From sequence record NZ_CP118992.1: a DNA stretch of 64,000 bases. One strand, 5' to 3'. This stretch comes from a plasmid. Positions 17,805 through 27,171 of the stretch are shown here, piece after piece. The notes below the pieces were generated by a model. That model searched no databases. It saw only the letters and a list, made by a program, of their open reading frames with translations, and was not told where the DNA came from. Numbering within the stretch: the first letter of the stretch is position 1; each line of letters opens with the position of its first letter. Made by a program: the position numbers and the translations under genes.

Positions 17805-20651
17805 ATGACGGGTAATCAGACACGCCAGAGTTTTCTGAACCAAAAAATTTCCATCGTCATGCATCTGCACAAACTGATGCGGCGAGAGAACCTGAGAACG
17901 GTCATCCTGCTTGCAACCTGTGCCGGCATGCTGCTCCCCGCTCTGGTTGGCGGCCTGATTCTTAACCACGTCGATCAGGGACGTGTCAATCAGGAACTGA
18001 ACCGGAGCCTTCAGGACAAGATAGTACTTCTGGCCGACAGTCTGAAAAATCCCGTCTGGAACTACGATCTGAATGCCGCACAAGCCATAGTCAATTCGGC
18101 AATGCTCGACCCCCAGATCGCCCGGATTGCAATTTCCGTCACCAGCAACATCCAAAGTCGATTTCTAACCGTAGAAGATGCCAGTCGTCAAATCGGCAGG
18201 GTGAGAAATGCCCGGCACGACCTTGTGCTTAACAGCGAGAAAATTGGTTTTGTCGAGATTGATCAGTACGATGGTCCCGCCATGTCCAAATTCCGACGTG
18301 AGCAATACAACTACGCATTGATTCTCCTGGGTCAATGTGTGCTGGCGTTTTTCCTGATCCTGGCGTCTGTGCACTACTGGATTCTGGCGCCGTTGAAAGT
18401 GCTCACGACATTCTCGGACCAACTCGCTAACGGCAATCTGGAATCATCATTGCAGATGGACCACATGGACGAAATCGGTCAGTTGGCACATCAGATGAAC
18501 CAGATGCGGATCAACTTGAGTCACTCCTTCATCGAGCAAAGAACAATCCTCAGCAATATTCAGGTTGGGGTCATTTTTGTGTGCGATGACCTAATCCGGT
18601 TGGCCAACGCACGCGCCGAACAGATTTTTGGCTATGCGGATGGCGAAATGGTTGGCCTGCCACTTACGTCGCTCTTTTTGTCATCGACCCAGTATCAGGC
18701 AACCCGTGACGGACTCGTCGACGCCACACGTTCCAATCGTTCATATGAACAAGAATTACTGCTCAAGCGCCACGACAGTTCTCATTTTTGGGCTGAAATC
18801 CGCGGCTGTGTATTGGACCTGGAATGTCGCGCGGGAGGTGGCCTATGGGCAATTGAGGACATATCCAAGCGCAAAACGGCTGAGGAGCAGTTGAACACGC
18901 TGGCGTTCTATGATCCGCTCACCAACCTGGCCAACAGGCGCCTGCTCCTTGACAGGTTAAGTCAGGCCTTGAGTTCGGTTCATCGTAGCCAGAGTACCGG
19001 CGCCTTGCTATTTATCGACCTCGACAACTTCAAAATGATTAACGACACTTTGGGCCACGATATCGGTGATCAACTTCTGGTTCAAGCAGCCAATCGGCTC
19101 AGGAACTGCGTGCGCGAGAATGACACAATCGCCCGCCTGGGTGGCGACGAATTTGTCGCCCTCCTGGACGGCCTCGCACAGGACGGGCACGAAGCCGCCG
19201 ACCACGCAAGAATTGTCGCCGAGAAAATCATCGGTGTGCTCAGTCACCCCTATCGTTGCAGCTCGCACGATTGCCATAGCAGCGCAAGTGTCGGAATCAC
19301 TCTTTTTGATGCCAATGTCAAGAACGAGCTCAGCGTTGAAGATATCCTCAAGCACGCCGACCTTGCGCTTTACCAGGCCAAGAGTGCCGGGCGGAAAACT
19401 TTTCGCTTCTTTGACGGGGAAATGCAGGTGGCCGTAGTGCAACGTGTGGCGCTTGAGAAAGAATTGCGCCAAGCGCTCACCAGAGATGAATTCGTTCTTC
19501 ATTATCAAATGCAGGTCGATTATCAGGGCCGACTCAGAGGAGCAGAGGCTTTAATCCGCTGGCATCATCCACAAAGAGGGCTTCTCTTCCCGGGTGATTT
19601 CATCGCGGTAGCGGAAGATTCCGGCCTCATTGTCGAAATCGGCTATTGGGTTATCGGATCGGCTTGTCGTCAACTTCGTCTTTGGGCAAATCGTCAGCAA
19701 ACGGCGGCGACGACAATTTCTGTCAATGTCAGCGCCAAGCAATTGCTGGAAAAGAACTTCGTCGAAAAAATACTTGAATACGTAGGAAAAGAAGACATTG
19801 ATGCCAGTCGTCTCAAACTGGAACTGACCGAAAGTCTTCTCATTGAAGACACGGAAGGCATTATCGCCAAAATGCTCTCTCTACGGGAAAAAGGAATCGG
19901 CTTCTCGCTTGACGATTTCGGAACCGGATATTCGTCCTTATCCTATTTGAAACGCCTCCCGTTGTGCGAACTAAAAATAGACAAACTGTTTATCAAGCAG
20001 CTTTTCGATGATGCCGATGATGTCGCGATTGCCAAAATGATCATTGCACTGGGCAGCAGTCTCGGGCTTGCGGTCATCGCAGAAGGCGTTGAGACGGAGG
20101 AACACCGCGACTTCCTAGCCAAACTGGGCTGCTATCAGTATCAAGGCTATTACTATGGTCGACCATTGCCTGTTGCAGAATTTGAAAGCACTATCGCGTC
20201 ATGGAAAGAATTTATCTCCGGGAAGAATCCTGACAACGGCGGCCTGGATTCTGAAATCAGATTGGCATCGCTACGGATTGGAGAACCTTCCATTGACGAC
20301 GAGCACGAAAGTCTGCTGAACCTTTTGCATAGACTCCAGGTTGCATCTCCTGTTGCTGATAAAAGCGAGGGTTTCAGCACTGTATTGAATGCAATTGGTC
20401 AACAGCTCAGTACGCATTTTGAGCATGAAGAAGAATTCTTCAAGAAATTTGGAATGCCCGATGTCGACGTAAGGAATCACATAAGATCACATCAGCAGAT
20501 CATGAGGAAACACGCCTCCCTGCTCGCTGACTTCATGAAAGACTCCTCCGCCAATCACGAACATGTCTTATCAAAAGTGGAAGATTGGCTCCTCGTGCAT
20601 TGGGTTCAATATGACCTGAAGATGAAAGCATTTATCCTGAAGGACACATAA
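17805..20651 (+). CDS. Membrane sensor protein: 2TM periplasmic loop, HAMP, PAS, GGDEF, EAL, C-terminal hemerythrin-like domain (c-di-GMP synthase/phosphodiesterase).
   Basis: TM helices at ~aa 27-50 and 171-195. GGDEF with intact RxxD I-site (REND) and RLGGDEF. EAL motifs EALIRW, DDFGTGYSSL, ELKIDKLFI, EGVE. C-terminal H...HxxxE...H...HxxxxD metal-binding pattern (HFEHEEEFF...HIRSHQQ...HEHVLSKVEDW) typical of bacteriohemerythrin. Alternative starts 17868 or 17877. Confidence 0.85.
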   Translation: MTGNQTRQSFLNQKISIVMHLHKLMRRENLRTVILLATCAGMLLPALVGGLILNHVDQGRVNQELNRSLQDKIVLLADSLKNPVWNYDLNAAQAIVNSAMLDPQIARIAISVTSNIQSRFLTVEDASRQIGRVRNARHDLVLNSEKIGFVEIDQYDGPAMSKFRREQYNYALILLGQCVLAFFLILASVHYWILAPLKVLTTFSDQLANGNLESSLQMDHMDEIGQLAHQMNQMRINLSHSFIEQRTILSNIQVGVIFVCDDLIRLANARAEQIFGYADGEMVGLPLTSLFLSSTQYQATRDGLVDATRSNRSYEQELLLKRHDSSHFWAEIRGCVLDLECRAGGGLWAIEDISKRKTAEEQLNTLAFYDPLTNLANRRLLLDRLSQALSSVHRSQSTGALLFIDLDNFKMINDTLGHDIGDQLLVQAANRLRNCVRENDTIARLGGDEFVALLDGLAQDGHEAADHARIVAEKIIGVLSHPYRCSSHDCHSSASVGITLFDANVKNELSVEDILKHADLALYQAKSAGRKTFRFFDGEMQVAVVQRVALEKELRQALTRDEFVLHYQMQVDYQGRLRGAEALIRWHHPQRGLLFPGDFIAVAEDSGLIVEIGYWVIGSACRQLRLWANRQQTAATTISVNVSAKQLLEKNFVEKILEYVGKEDIDASRLKLELTESLLIEDTEGIIAKMLSLREKGIGFSLDDFGTGYSSLSYLKRLPLCELKIDKLFIKQLFDDADDVAIAKMIIALGSSLGLAVIAEGVETEEHRDFLAKLGCYQYQGYYYGRPLPVAEFESTIASWKEFISGKNPDNGGLDSEIRLASLRIGEPSIDDEHESLLNLLHRLQVASPVADKSEGFSTVLNAIGQQLSTHFEHEEEFFKKFGMPDVDVRNHIRSHQQIMRKHASLLADFMKDSSANHEHVLSKVEDWLLVHWVQYDLKMKAFILKDT

Positions 20652-20719
20652 GGTCGGTCGGACGATCTGAAACAATAATCTGGAGAAGCCTGCTACCCGC
20701 TGAAGGCACAGAGAGAAAA

Positions 20720-21172
20720 TCAGCGCAGTGCGGAAAGGCCGGTCAGCAAACGCTGCAAATCTTCGTCCGACTGAACCGAGAGAAGCATCAGTCCCGCGCG
20801 CAATAAATCGCGTTTCCTGACCTTGATGCCTCGTTCAGCCAGTTGCCTCTTGATTCTGACCAGTTGCTCGTACTCGCCGGCAGGGAACGTGCAGCGCACG
20901 TCGACCGGCGCAGACTTGTTCTTCAGGATCTTGTCGAGCGGACGCGCAAACGCCTTGGCCAGTTTCTTGCGCCTTTTGCCACCCGCCCCTGCCACCAGAT
21001 GCGTGGATTCAGGCAAGGAAGCCGTCGTCGTCGCGGCTGGCTTCGCCTCCGGCGTGTTGCGGGTCGCCGCGGTTTTTCCGGCACGCCGTGCCGGCGCGGC
21101 GACAGCCGGCTGAGCCGGCACAGAAGGTGCACTTGCGGCGGTCTTTCTTACAACCATCGGAGTTTCCAACAA
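20720..21172 (-). CDS. Hypothetical protein with a disordered Ala/Pro/Thr-rich N-terminal tail and a C-terminal RHH-like (ParG/CopG-type) region; start uncertain (TTG 21172 or ATG 21167).
   Basis: C-terminus VDVRCTFPAGEYEQLVRIKRQLAERGIKVRKRDLLRAGLMLLS fits a beta-strand/helix/helix RHH pattern. No partner ATPase gene is adjacent. Confidence 0.4.
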   Translation of the reverse strand: MLETPMVVRKTAASAPSVPAQPAVAAPARRAGKTAATRNTPEAKPAATTTASLPESTHLVAGAGGKRRKKLAKAFARPLDKILKNKSAPVDVRCTFPAGEYEQLVRIKRQLAERGIKVRKRDLLRAGLMLLSVQSDEDLQRLLTGLSALR

Positions 21173-21240
21173 ATGATCGGAGGAGGAGCGTAACGCAAAA
21201 TCATGAAGAAAATGTTACACCCCGAAGACAAAACGAAACA

Positions 21241-21888
21241 TCAGAACTCCCGTTCCAGCAAGGACTCCAGCTGCGGCGCCCCGCGGCGCACCTGCACTTG
21301 CAGTATGCCGATGGTCCGTCCGTCGCCGGTGGCGACGGTAAAACGCCATTCCCCCGGTTTTGGATCGAGCACCCACGAATACCCGCGAAAGCCGCGCTCC
21401 CGCCCACCGGTGCTGCGAAAGCGGTCGCGGTAAACCTGCCGCCATCCGCCGACTTCACGAAACTCCCAGCGATGCTCAAGTTCTGCGGCCACTCCCAACG
21501 GGGCAAATACGGCGGTCACGCCGTACAGACGCGCCCCCTCGGCAACCTGCACCGTGGCTGAATGATCGCGCCAGAACTGCCACCAGGGCGCCCGCTCCAC
21601 CTGCAGGAGAAAGCGTCCACCGGTTTGTACGAAGTCGTGGCCGACGGCCATATCCCGCTTGACCAGCGGCACCGGCGCAATCATGCCGTGATGCCAGGCC
21701 GCCAGCAACGCACCGGCGATGCCCCAGGCCGGCCTGATCCGTCCCGGCCGACCCGGTGCCACCCCACGCAGCAGGCTGGCCAGCAGCGCGCCGGCCAGCG
21801 TCGACGCGTAGAACCACAGCGGGTCGAGACTGCCGGCCAGATGCGGCAACAAAAAATTGAACAACAGGATGGCGTTGAGCGCGAACAA
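21241..21888 (-). CDS. Hypothetical membrane protein (215 aa).
   Basis: Two to three N-terminal hydrophobic helices followed by a Trp/Arg-rich soluble domain; no family confidently recognised. Confidence 0.45.
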   Translation of the reverse strand: MFALNAILLFNFLLPHLAGSLDPLWFYASTLAGALLASLLRGVAPGRPGRIRPAWGIAGALLAAWHHGMIAPVPLVKRDMAVGHDFVQTGGRFLLQVERAPWWQFWRDHSATVQVAEGARLYGVTAVFAPLGVAAELEHRWEFREVGGWRQVYRDRFRSTGGRERGFRGYSWVLDPKPGEWRFTVATGDGRTIGILQVQVRRGAPQLESLLEREF

Positions 21889-22402
21889 CGACCAAAGAGC
21901 TCAGCACAGAGCGGCGCGGCTTGCAGGCCGCAGTTCTACAGGCCCAAGCCGCCGCGGAGGCGGCGGATAACGCCTCCAGGGCTGTCGCCCTGGAGGTGCG
22001 AGAGCAGGCTATACAGCAGGCGATCGAGGCCGCGCTAGCGCACCAGCCAGTTGATCCCCCCCCGCCCCAAGAGCTGGCGCGTGCTGCGCCCGCTCCGGCC
22101 ACGCCTGAACCGCCCCGCCTTCGGCGGAGCCATTAGGGCGCGGCACCAAATGGGCTGAAATGCGGCGTTCGGGTATCAAAACGAACGAACCAAGAGAGGC
22201 GGATTTTAGCCACTAAAATCCGCCTGAAAACGTCACAAACTTTCAGGTGTTTTGGAGGCCGTTCAGTGGGATTTCGCATGCGAAAATCGACGGTTCGCCT
22301 CCGCCTGGGAGTGAAGAGGGTTTTGCGCATGCGCAAAAGTGCCTATTTAACATATTGCCTGTTTTGCGCAGTCTTTTTTTTGCCAACTTTTGATCATGGA
22401 TC

Positions 22403-22438
22403 TTGCTTGCACTGCAATTTTCCATGCAGTGCAAGCAA
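22403..22438. promoter_or_regulatory. Perfect 14-bp-stem hairpin/palindrome TTGCTTGCACTGCA-ATTTTCCA-TGCAGTGCAAGCAA in a ~900-bp non-coding region.
   Basis: Exact inverted repeat with an 8-nt loop and no downstream T-run, so it is more likely an operator or structured RNA than a terminator. Confidence 0.3.
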
Positions 22439-22792
22439 TCACTAGTTACGATCAATATATGGATGGTTTCAGGGCTTCTTAGTGAAGCGCATCCCACAGC
22501 CTCATAGGTCGGGCCAGCCCCGCGTAAGTGTGACCTGCCCCAGGTTCTTCCTGGCAGAGGCTCCCTTTATGGGGGCCTTTTACTTTTACGAACGTTTGTT
22601 TTTAGCTTCTTTCGGGACGCTATGTTCGTGCTTAGGTTTTTTGTTTAAATCCACGCCGATATTAAAGATCCTCAAAGCGATTAGGTGCGGCGTGTTTCTG
22701 GTCGATCCTGTTCTATTTTGAGATCCCCGAGACAAACCTCTGGTGCCCCGCGATACAATGCGAGGCAGAATCTATAGATCGGTAGAAAAGAG

Positions 22793-23242
22793 ATGAAAAA
22801 AGAGATTTTGGCACTGCTGGTCGTCGTGGCTTGTTGGGGCTCCACCCTGCAGGCTAATGACTGGAAAAATGCCCCCATTTCCGAAGTGCAGAAAGCGGCC
22901 GAGCAGGGTCTTGCAGAGGCCCAGATCGTTCTCGGGTTAATGTACGCGCGGGGCGAGGGGGTGGCGCAGGACGACAAGCAGGCGGTAGTTTGGACCCGCA
23001 AGGCCGCCGAGCAGGGCGATGCCAAGGCACAACTCCTGCTCGGGGCAATGTACTTCGATGGCCGCGGGGTGGCGCAGGACTACAAGCTAGCTTACGTCTG
23101 GAGTTCGGTGTCTGCCGCCAATGGGGATGTCGAGGCGGCTACAAAACGTGACCTTTTCGCCAAGCGTTTATCGCCTGCGGTATTGGCAGAGGCGCAGGCA
23201 CTGGCTGGCCAGTATGTTGAACTGTACCAACCCAAGCAGTAA
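22793..23242 (+). CDS. Sel1-like repeat (SLR/TPR-like) secreted or lipoprotein.
   Basis: Signal peptide MKKEILALLVVVACWGS. Repeated AEQGxAxAQxxLGxMYxxGxGVAQDxKxAxxW motifs typical of Sel1 repeats. Confidence 0.8.
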   Translation: MKKEILALLVVVACWGSTLQANDWKNAPISEVQKAAEQGLAEAQIVLGLMYARGEGVAQDDKQAVVWTRKAAEQGDAKAQLLLGAMYFDGRGVAQDYKLAYVWSSVSAANGDVEAATKRDLFAKRLSPAVLAEAQALAGQYVELYQPKQ

Positions 23243-23385
23243 CCCCATCTGCTAGTGCGTATAAGGGGGGCGTTACGTTAAATCGGACGCCCTTTTTGCT
23301 GCCTGTAATCCTGCAAGGTGGCTTGTTTTGCAGGGCGTTATCTCCCATCCTGCGCCGCATTATCCCTTGCCTCGGAATCTCCCCT

Positions 23386-23655
23386 ATGGAAACCATTACC
23401 CATCCCACCCTGGTACAACTGGTGGCGGCCGGTGCCGTCCGTGTCGTGGTCGCTGTCGGACAACCAGGCGGCTGGAGCCTGCTGGTGCGCTACGGTCTGG
23501 CCGAACGTGCCCTGGCCGCCCAGCGCAGCAAACAACTCCGGGTCTTTCGTAAGCTCGATACCTTGCAGGCCTATTTGCAGGACATCGGCGTGGTCCGCTT
23601 TGAGATCGATGCCGCCGGGTTTGAGGTTGCTCCGAGACGCTTGTTGGGATCTTGA
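23386..23655 (+). CDS. Small conserved hypothetical protein (89 aa); a paralog lies at 52662..52907.
   Basis: METITHPTLVQLVAAGAVRVVVAVGQPGGWSLLVRYGLAE...; about 85% nucleotide identity, including an ~85-nt leader, with the copy at 52577..52907. Each copy is followed directly by a type II toxin-antitoxin pair. Confidence 0.45.
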   Translation: METITHPTLVQLVAAGAVRVVVAVGQPGGWSLLVRYGLAERALAAQRSKQLRVFRKLDTLQAYLQDIGVVRFEIDAAGFEVAPRRLLGS

Positions 23656-23711
23656 ATAGGGATGTGTTAATGTTGGCACGTGTCACGACACGTGCTTAAT
23701 TGGAGGTCATC

Positions 23712-23951
23712 ATGGTCGCAGCAGCAATGCGCAGCAAGAGAACGGTCAGCGTCACGCTGGAGCCCAGCTTGTTGGAACGAGCCAGAGCGGCGGGGATCAA
23801 CCTGTCAGCCACCCTTGCAACCGCGCTACAGAATGAAATCAGCGGCTCAGAAGCAGAACGCTGGAAGCGTGAGAACAGTGCAGCCATACAGACGCTGAAC
23901 CGCATCACCGAGGAGCACGGCCTGCTCTCCGACGATTACAGGGCGTTTTGA
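23712..23951 (+). CDS. ccdA: CcdA-family antitoxin.
   Basis: RTVSVTLEPSLLERARAAGINLSATLATALQNEISGSEAERWKRENSAAIQTLNRITEEHGLLSDDYRAF aligns with E. coli CcdA (...EARRLRAERWKAENQEGMAEVARFIEMNGSFADENRDW). GGAGG RBS at 23701. Confidence 0.8.
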   Translation: MVAAAMRSKRTVSVTLEPSLLERARAAGINLSATLATALQNEISGSEAERWKRENSAAIQTLNRITEEHGLLSDDYRAF

Positions 23952-24259
23952 TGCAGTTCACTATCTACCGCAACAAGGGCAATGCCCGCGCTTACCCCTA
24001 TTTGCTGGATGTGCAAAGCGACATCATTGGCGAGCTGGCCACCAGGATGGTGATCCCACTGTTCCCGCTGGTAGCCTTCACTGGACGGCCAGCGCAGCGG
24101 CTGAATCCGGTGATCATCGTTGAGGGTGATAAGTATTTGGTGATGACGCAGGACATGGCAGCGGTGAGGCTGGCGCAGCTTGGGGATGAAGTCACTGGTG
24201 TGCAGGAGTCGCGTCAGCTCATCAAGGACGCGATAGATTTCTTGTTTGATGGTGTGTAA
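23951..24259 (+). CDS. ccdB: CcdB-family gyrase-poison toxin.
   Basis: MQFTIYRNKGNARAYPYLLDVQSDIIGELATRMVIPLFP... matches CcdB ([37 protein letters not shown]...). TGATG overlap with ccdA. Confidence 0.85.
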   Translation: MQFTIYRNKGNARAYPYLLDVQSDIIGELATRMVIPLFPLVAFTGRPAQRLNPVIIVEGDKYLVMTQDMAAVRLAQLGDEVTGVQESRQLIKDAIDFLFDGV

Positions 24260-24406
24260 CGTATTGCCCAGAAAGGACAAACCCCGTTGCTGTGCTCAAT
24301 CTTGGCGGAGCGATCACAGGCAAACGGGGTCGTGACGAATCACAAGAGAAGTCTACCACATGGATCATGCCAAACAACCCCGCACCGCCAATAAGCGCGG
24401 TGGATT

Positions 24407-24901
24407 TTGACCAACAGAGCACAGCTTGAGCTGTTCCGGGAGCGCCTGCCCCGGAAGCCTTACTATTCCGACGAGCTGACAACGGGCCTACGGATTGCGG
24501 ACGTTGCCCGCGCCTTGGGTGCGCGTTATATCCAGCCGAACGGGCCAACGCACCGCCACTGGATCGTTTTTGACGTAGACCATGCCGCCGCTACGTTATC
24601 TTGGGATGACGTAGGCGCTCCAGCCCCTAACATTACCGTCACGAACAAGGCCAACGGCCACGCGCATCTGATCTACGGACTGGATACGCCGATCCGCACT
24701 GCCCCGGATGGAAATGCAGCCCCTCTGCGGTATGCCGCCGCCATCGAGGTCGCGCTCCGGGAGAAATTAGGGGCGGATATGGGCTACTCCGGGTTGATCT
24801 GCAAGAACCCCCTGCATGAGCACTGGCTGGTGCAGGTATGGGAGCCCCGGCTCTACGATTTAGCCTGGCTATCCGATTACATCGATCTGAGCCCCTACAA
24901 T
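24407..24901 (+). pseudogene. Second Replicase-family Rep paralog, C-terminally truncated by a Tn3-family IR insertion.
   Basis: WIVFDVDHAAATLSWDDVGAPAPNITVTNKANGHAHLIYGL parallels Rep 1..1197. The ORF runs into the IR at 24902 (the ...GDVSENGK tail is IR-encoded) and is only 165 native residues long. Confidence 0.6.
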
Positions 24902-24939
24902 GGGGACGTCTCAGAAAACGGAAAATAAAGCACGTTAAG
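24902..24939. repeat. 38-bp Tn21-subgroup IR (GGGGACGTCTCAGAAAACGGAAAATAAAGCACGTTAAG), inverted relative to the copy at 7456..7493.
   Basis: Exact reverse-complement match to the IR at 7456..7493. The flanking ~130 bp, the palindrome and tetR are also duplicated in inverted orientation. Confidence 0.65.
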
Positions 24940-25036
24940 CCCATTGCAGACTCTAGATATTGACGAGTACGTCGGGTTTTCTCTTGTTTGAGTTGCCTCT
25001 TGTGGCAAGACAGTAATTAATTACTATCTTACAGGG

Positions 25037-25552
25037 GTGCTCGTGGACACCCATCCAAAGCATCTGCCGGCCGATGAACGTCGTGCCGTAACTGTCGAGT
25101 CCGTCGTGGCGCTTGCCAGTTCACAAAACCCAAGCGAGATAACCACTGCGGCTATCGCTAAACACATGAACTTGACCCAGGGTGCGCTGTTTCGGCACTT
25201 CCCGAACAAGGAAGCCATTTGGCAGGCGGTCATGGAGTGGGTAGCAGAGCGCCTATTAGCCAGAATCGATCGATCTGCACAAGGAATCGAGTCGCCCTTG
25301 GCAGCCATGGAGGCGATGTTCATGAGTCATATCGAATTCGTAGCTGAGCACCCAGGCGTGCCAAGAATGATGTTTGGTGAGCTTCAGCGTGCCGAATCGA
25401 CACCGGCCAAGCGCATGGTGCAAACCTTGATTCAGCGCTACGGCGAACGTTTGCATCGTCTCATCGAGAAAGGCAAGGCCAGCGGCGAGTTGTCTCCCTC
25501 GCTTGACAACGAGGCGGCGGCAACGCTGTTCATTGGCACGATCCAGGGCTTG
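25037..25552 (+). pseudogene. Second copy of the TetR-family regulator, C-terminally truncated and fused to a tnpA fragment.
   Basis: Identical to TetR 6743..7357 through ...[10 protein letters not shown], then diverges into transposase-derived sequence. GTG start. Its upstream palindrome (25003..25034) has three mismatches in one arm. Confidence 0.6.
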
Positions 25553-25581
25553 GCCATACTGCCTACGATGCACTCAAGCCG

Positions 25582-26157
25582 ATGATTAGCAGCGACAGGC
25601 TGAACATCAAGGCTATTCGCGCTCATTGGGATGAAATCCTACGGCTGGCCACTTCGATCAAGCAGGGCACGGTGACGGCCTCGCTGATGCTGCGCAAGCT
25701 CGGCAGCTATCCGCGCCAAAACGGCTTGGCCGTCGCCCTGCGCGAGCTGGGGCGCATCGAGCGCACGCTGTTCATTCTGGATTGGCTGCAAAGCGTGGAG
25801 CTGCGCCGCCGCGTCCATGCGGGGCTGAATAAGGGCGAGGCGCGCAACGCGCTGGCCAGGGCGGTCTTCTTCTACCGATTGGGTGAAATCCGCGACCGCA
25901 GTTTTGAGCAGCAGCGCTACCGGGCCTGCGGCCTCAATTTGGTGACGGCAGCCATCGTGTTGTGGAACACGGTCTATCTGGAGCGTGCCACCAGTGCTTT
26001 GCGTGCCCACGGCAAGGCGCTGGACGATACGTTGCTGCAATATCTGTCCCCGCTGGGGTGGGAGCATATCAACCTGACCGGCGATTACCTATGGCGCAGC
26101 AGTGCCAAGGTCGGTGCGGGGAAGTTCAGGCCATTGCGACCGCTGCCACCGGCTTAG
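25582..26157 (+). pseudogene. tnpA: C-terminal ~190-aa fragment of a Tn3-family (Tn21-like) transposase TnpA.
   Basis: ...[19 protein letters not shown]...[10 protein letters not shown]... matches the conserved TnpA C-terminus. The ORF ends (TAG) inside the terminal IR, as in Tn21. Confidence 0.7.
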
Positions 26158-26190
26158 CGTGCTTTATTTTCCGTTTTCTGAGATACCCCC
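26153..26190. repeat. 38-bp Tn21-type terminal IR (reverse complement of GGGGGTATCTCAGAAAACGGAAAATAAAGCACGCTAAG).
   Basis: Matches the Tn21/Tn501 IR consensus, including CACGCTAAG. The adjacent tnpA 3' end is oriented toward it. Confidence 0.65.
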
Positions 26191-26193
26191 CCT

Positions 26194-26364
26194 GATGGAC
26201 GTGCAAGACTGGCAGCGCATCGCCCGGCAGGAGCTTGAGCGCCGGGCTACCAGCATCGTGCAGGCGCTGGATGATGCGACCCTTGAGGCCATCGCAGCGG
26301 GCACGCTCGACATGCGGGCCATGTGCCGACAGGTGGCCGACGAGATCCACCAGACCGCCTAAGC
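26194..26364 (+). CDS. Small ORF (56 aa) starting at the transposon IR end; possibly the 3' remnant of a disrupted backbone gene.
   Basis: MDVQDWQRIARQELERRATSIVQALDDATLEAIAAGTLDMRAMCRQVADEIHQTA, followed by a strong rho-independent terminator. Confidence 0.25.
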
Positions 26365-26384
26365 CCTCCCCTGCCCTGCCACCG

Positions 26385-26410
26385 AACCCCGCCGCGTGCG
26401 GGGTTTTTTA
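26385..26410 (+). terminator. Rho-independent terminator.
   Basis: AACCCCGCCGCGTGCGGGGTTTTTTAT: GC-rich hairpin followed by T6. Confidence 0.6.
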
Positions 26411-26425
26411 TGCCTGCGGCAAGCA

Positions 26426-26454
26426 TTGACAAGCATCCTTTTTTCACTACAATA
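26426..26454 (+). promoter_or_regulatory. Consensus sigma70 promoter for parA (TTGACA-17 bp-TACAAT).
   Basis: TTGACA at 26426..26431 and TACAAT at 26449..26454 with a 17-bp spacer, ~38 bp upstream of the parA ATG. Confidence 0.5.
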
Positions 26455-26491
26455 GCAACTGTTTTTAATATTAAGTTGAGGTGACAAAGCG

Positions 26492-27133
26492 ATGATTATC
26501 ACCGTTGGAAACACAAAGGGCGGCGTGGGGAAAACCACCATTGCCGTGAATCTGGCAATCGCCCGCGCATTGGCCGGGCGTGATGTGTGGCTGATTGACG
26601 GCGACCGGCAGGGCACGGCGCAGACGGCAATCAGCATCCGTGCCGAGGCCGGGCACACGCCGGGCATTGCCTGTGCGACTTACCCGGACGGCCCGACCCT
26701 GCGGGCACAGGTGCAGCAGCAAGCGGCCAAGTTCGATGACGTGGTGATCGACGCAGGCGGGCGCGACTCGACCGCGCTACGCGCAGCCCTCGTGCTGTCT
26801 GACGTTCTGCTGGTGCCGTTCCAGCCGCGCAGCTATGACGTGTGGGCGCTCAACGACATTGCTGCGCTGGTCGATGAGGCCCGCAGTGTGCGCGACGGTT
26901 TGCGCTGTTTTGCTGTCCTCAACTGCGCCGATCCGGGCGAGCACTCCACCGACAACGCAGAGGCCGCCGCCGCCGTGGCCGAAGTGCCCCAGTTCGAGTA
27001 CCTGCCGACCCCGCTACGCCGCCGCAAGGCGTTTTCCAACGCCGCAGGGGCAGGGCAGTGTGTGCTTGAAATCAAGCCGCAAGACGGCAAAGCAAGCGCG
27101 GAACTTGATGCACTTATCAGCGCATTGTTTTAA
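26492..27133 (+). CDS. parA: ParA/Soj-family partition ATPase.
   Basis: Deviant Walker A (KGGVGKTT) in MIITVGNTKGGVGKTTIAVNLA...; 213 aa, typical of a small type-Ib ParA. Confidence 0.85.
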   Translation: MIITVGNTKGGVGKTTIAVNLAIARALAGRDVWLIDGDRQGTAQTAISIRAEAGHTPGIACATYPDGPTLRAQVQQQAAKFDDVVIDAGGRDSTALRAALVLSDVLLVPFQPRSYDVWALNDIAALVDEARSVRDGLRCFAVLNCADPGEHSTDNAEAAAAVAEVPQFEYLPTPLRRRKAFSNAAGAGQCVLEIKPQDGKASAELDALISALF

Positions 27134-27171
27134 TATTAAATCAATATGCTTTAGGCGTGGAGATAGATTCA

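Noticed and set aside
21476-22136. Several overlapping 150-210-aa ORFs in the 21.5-22.1 kb region (both strands).
   Set aside because: They overlap each other and the membrane-protein gene, and are Ala/Arg/Pro-rich GC artefacts without RBS support.
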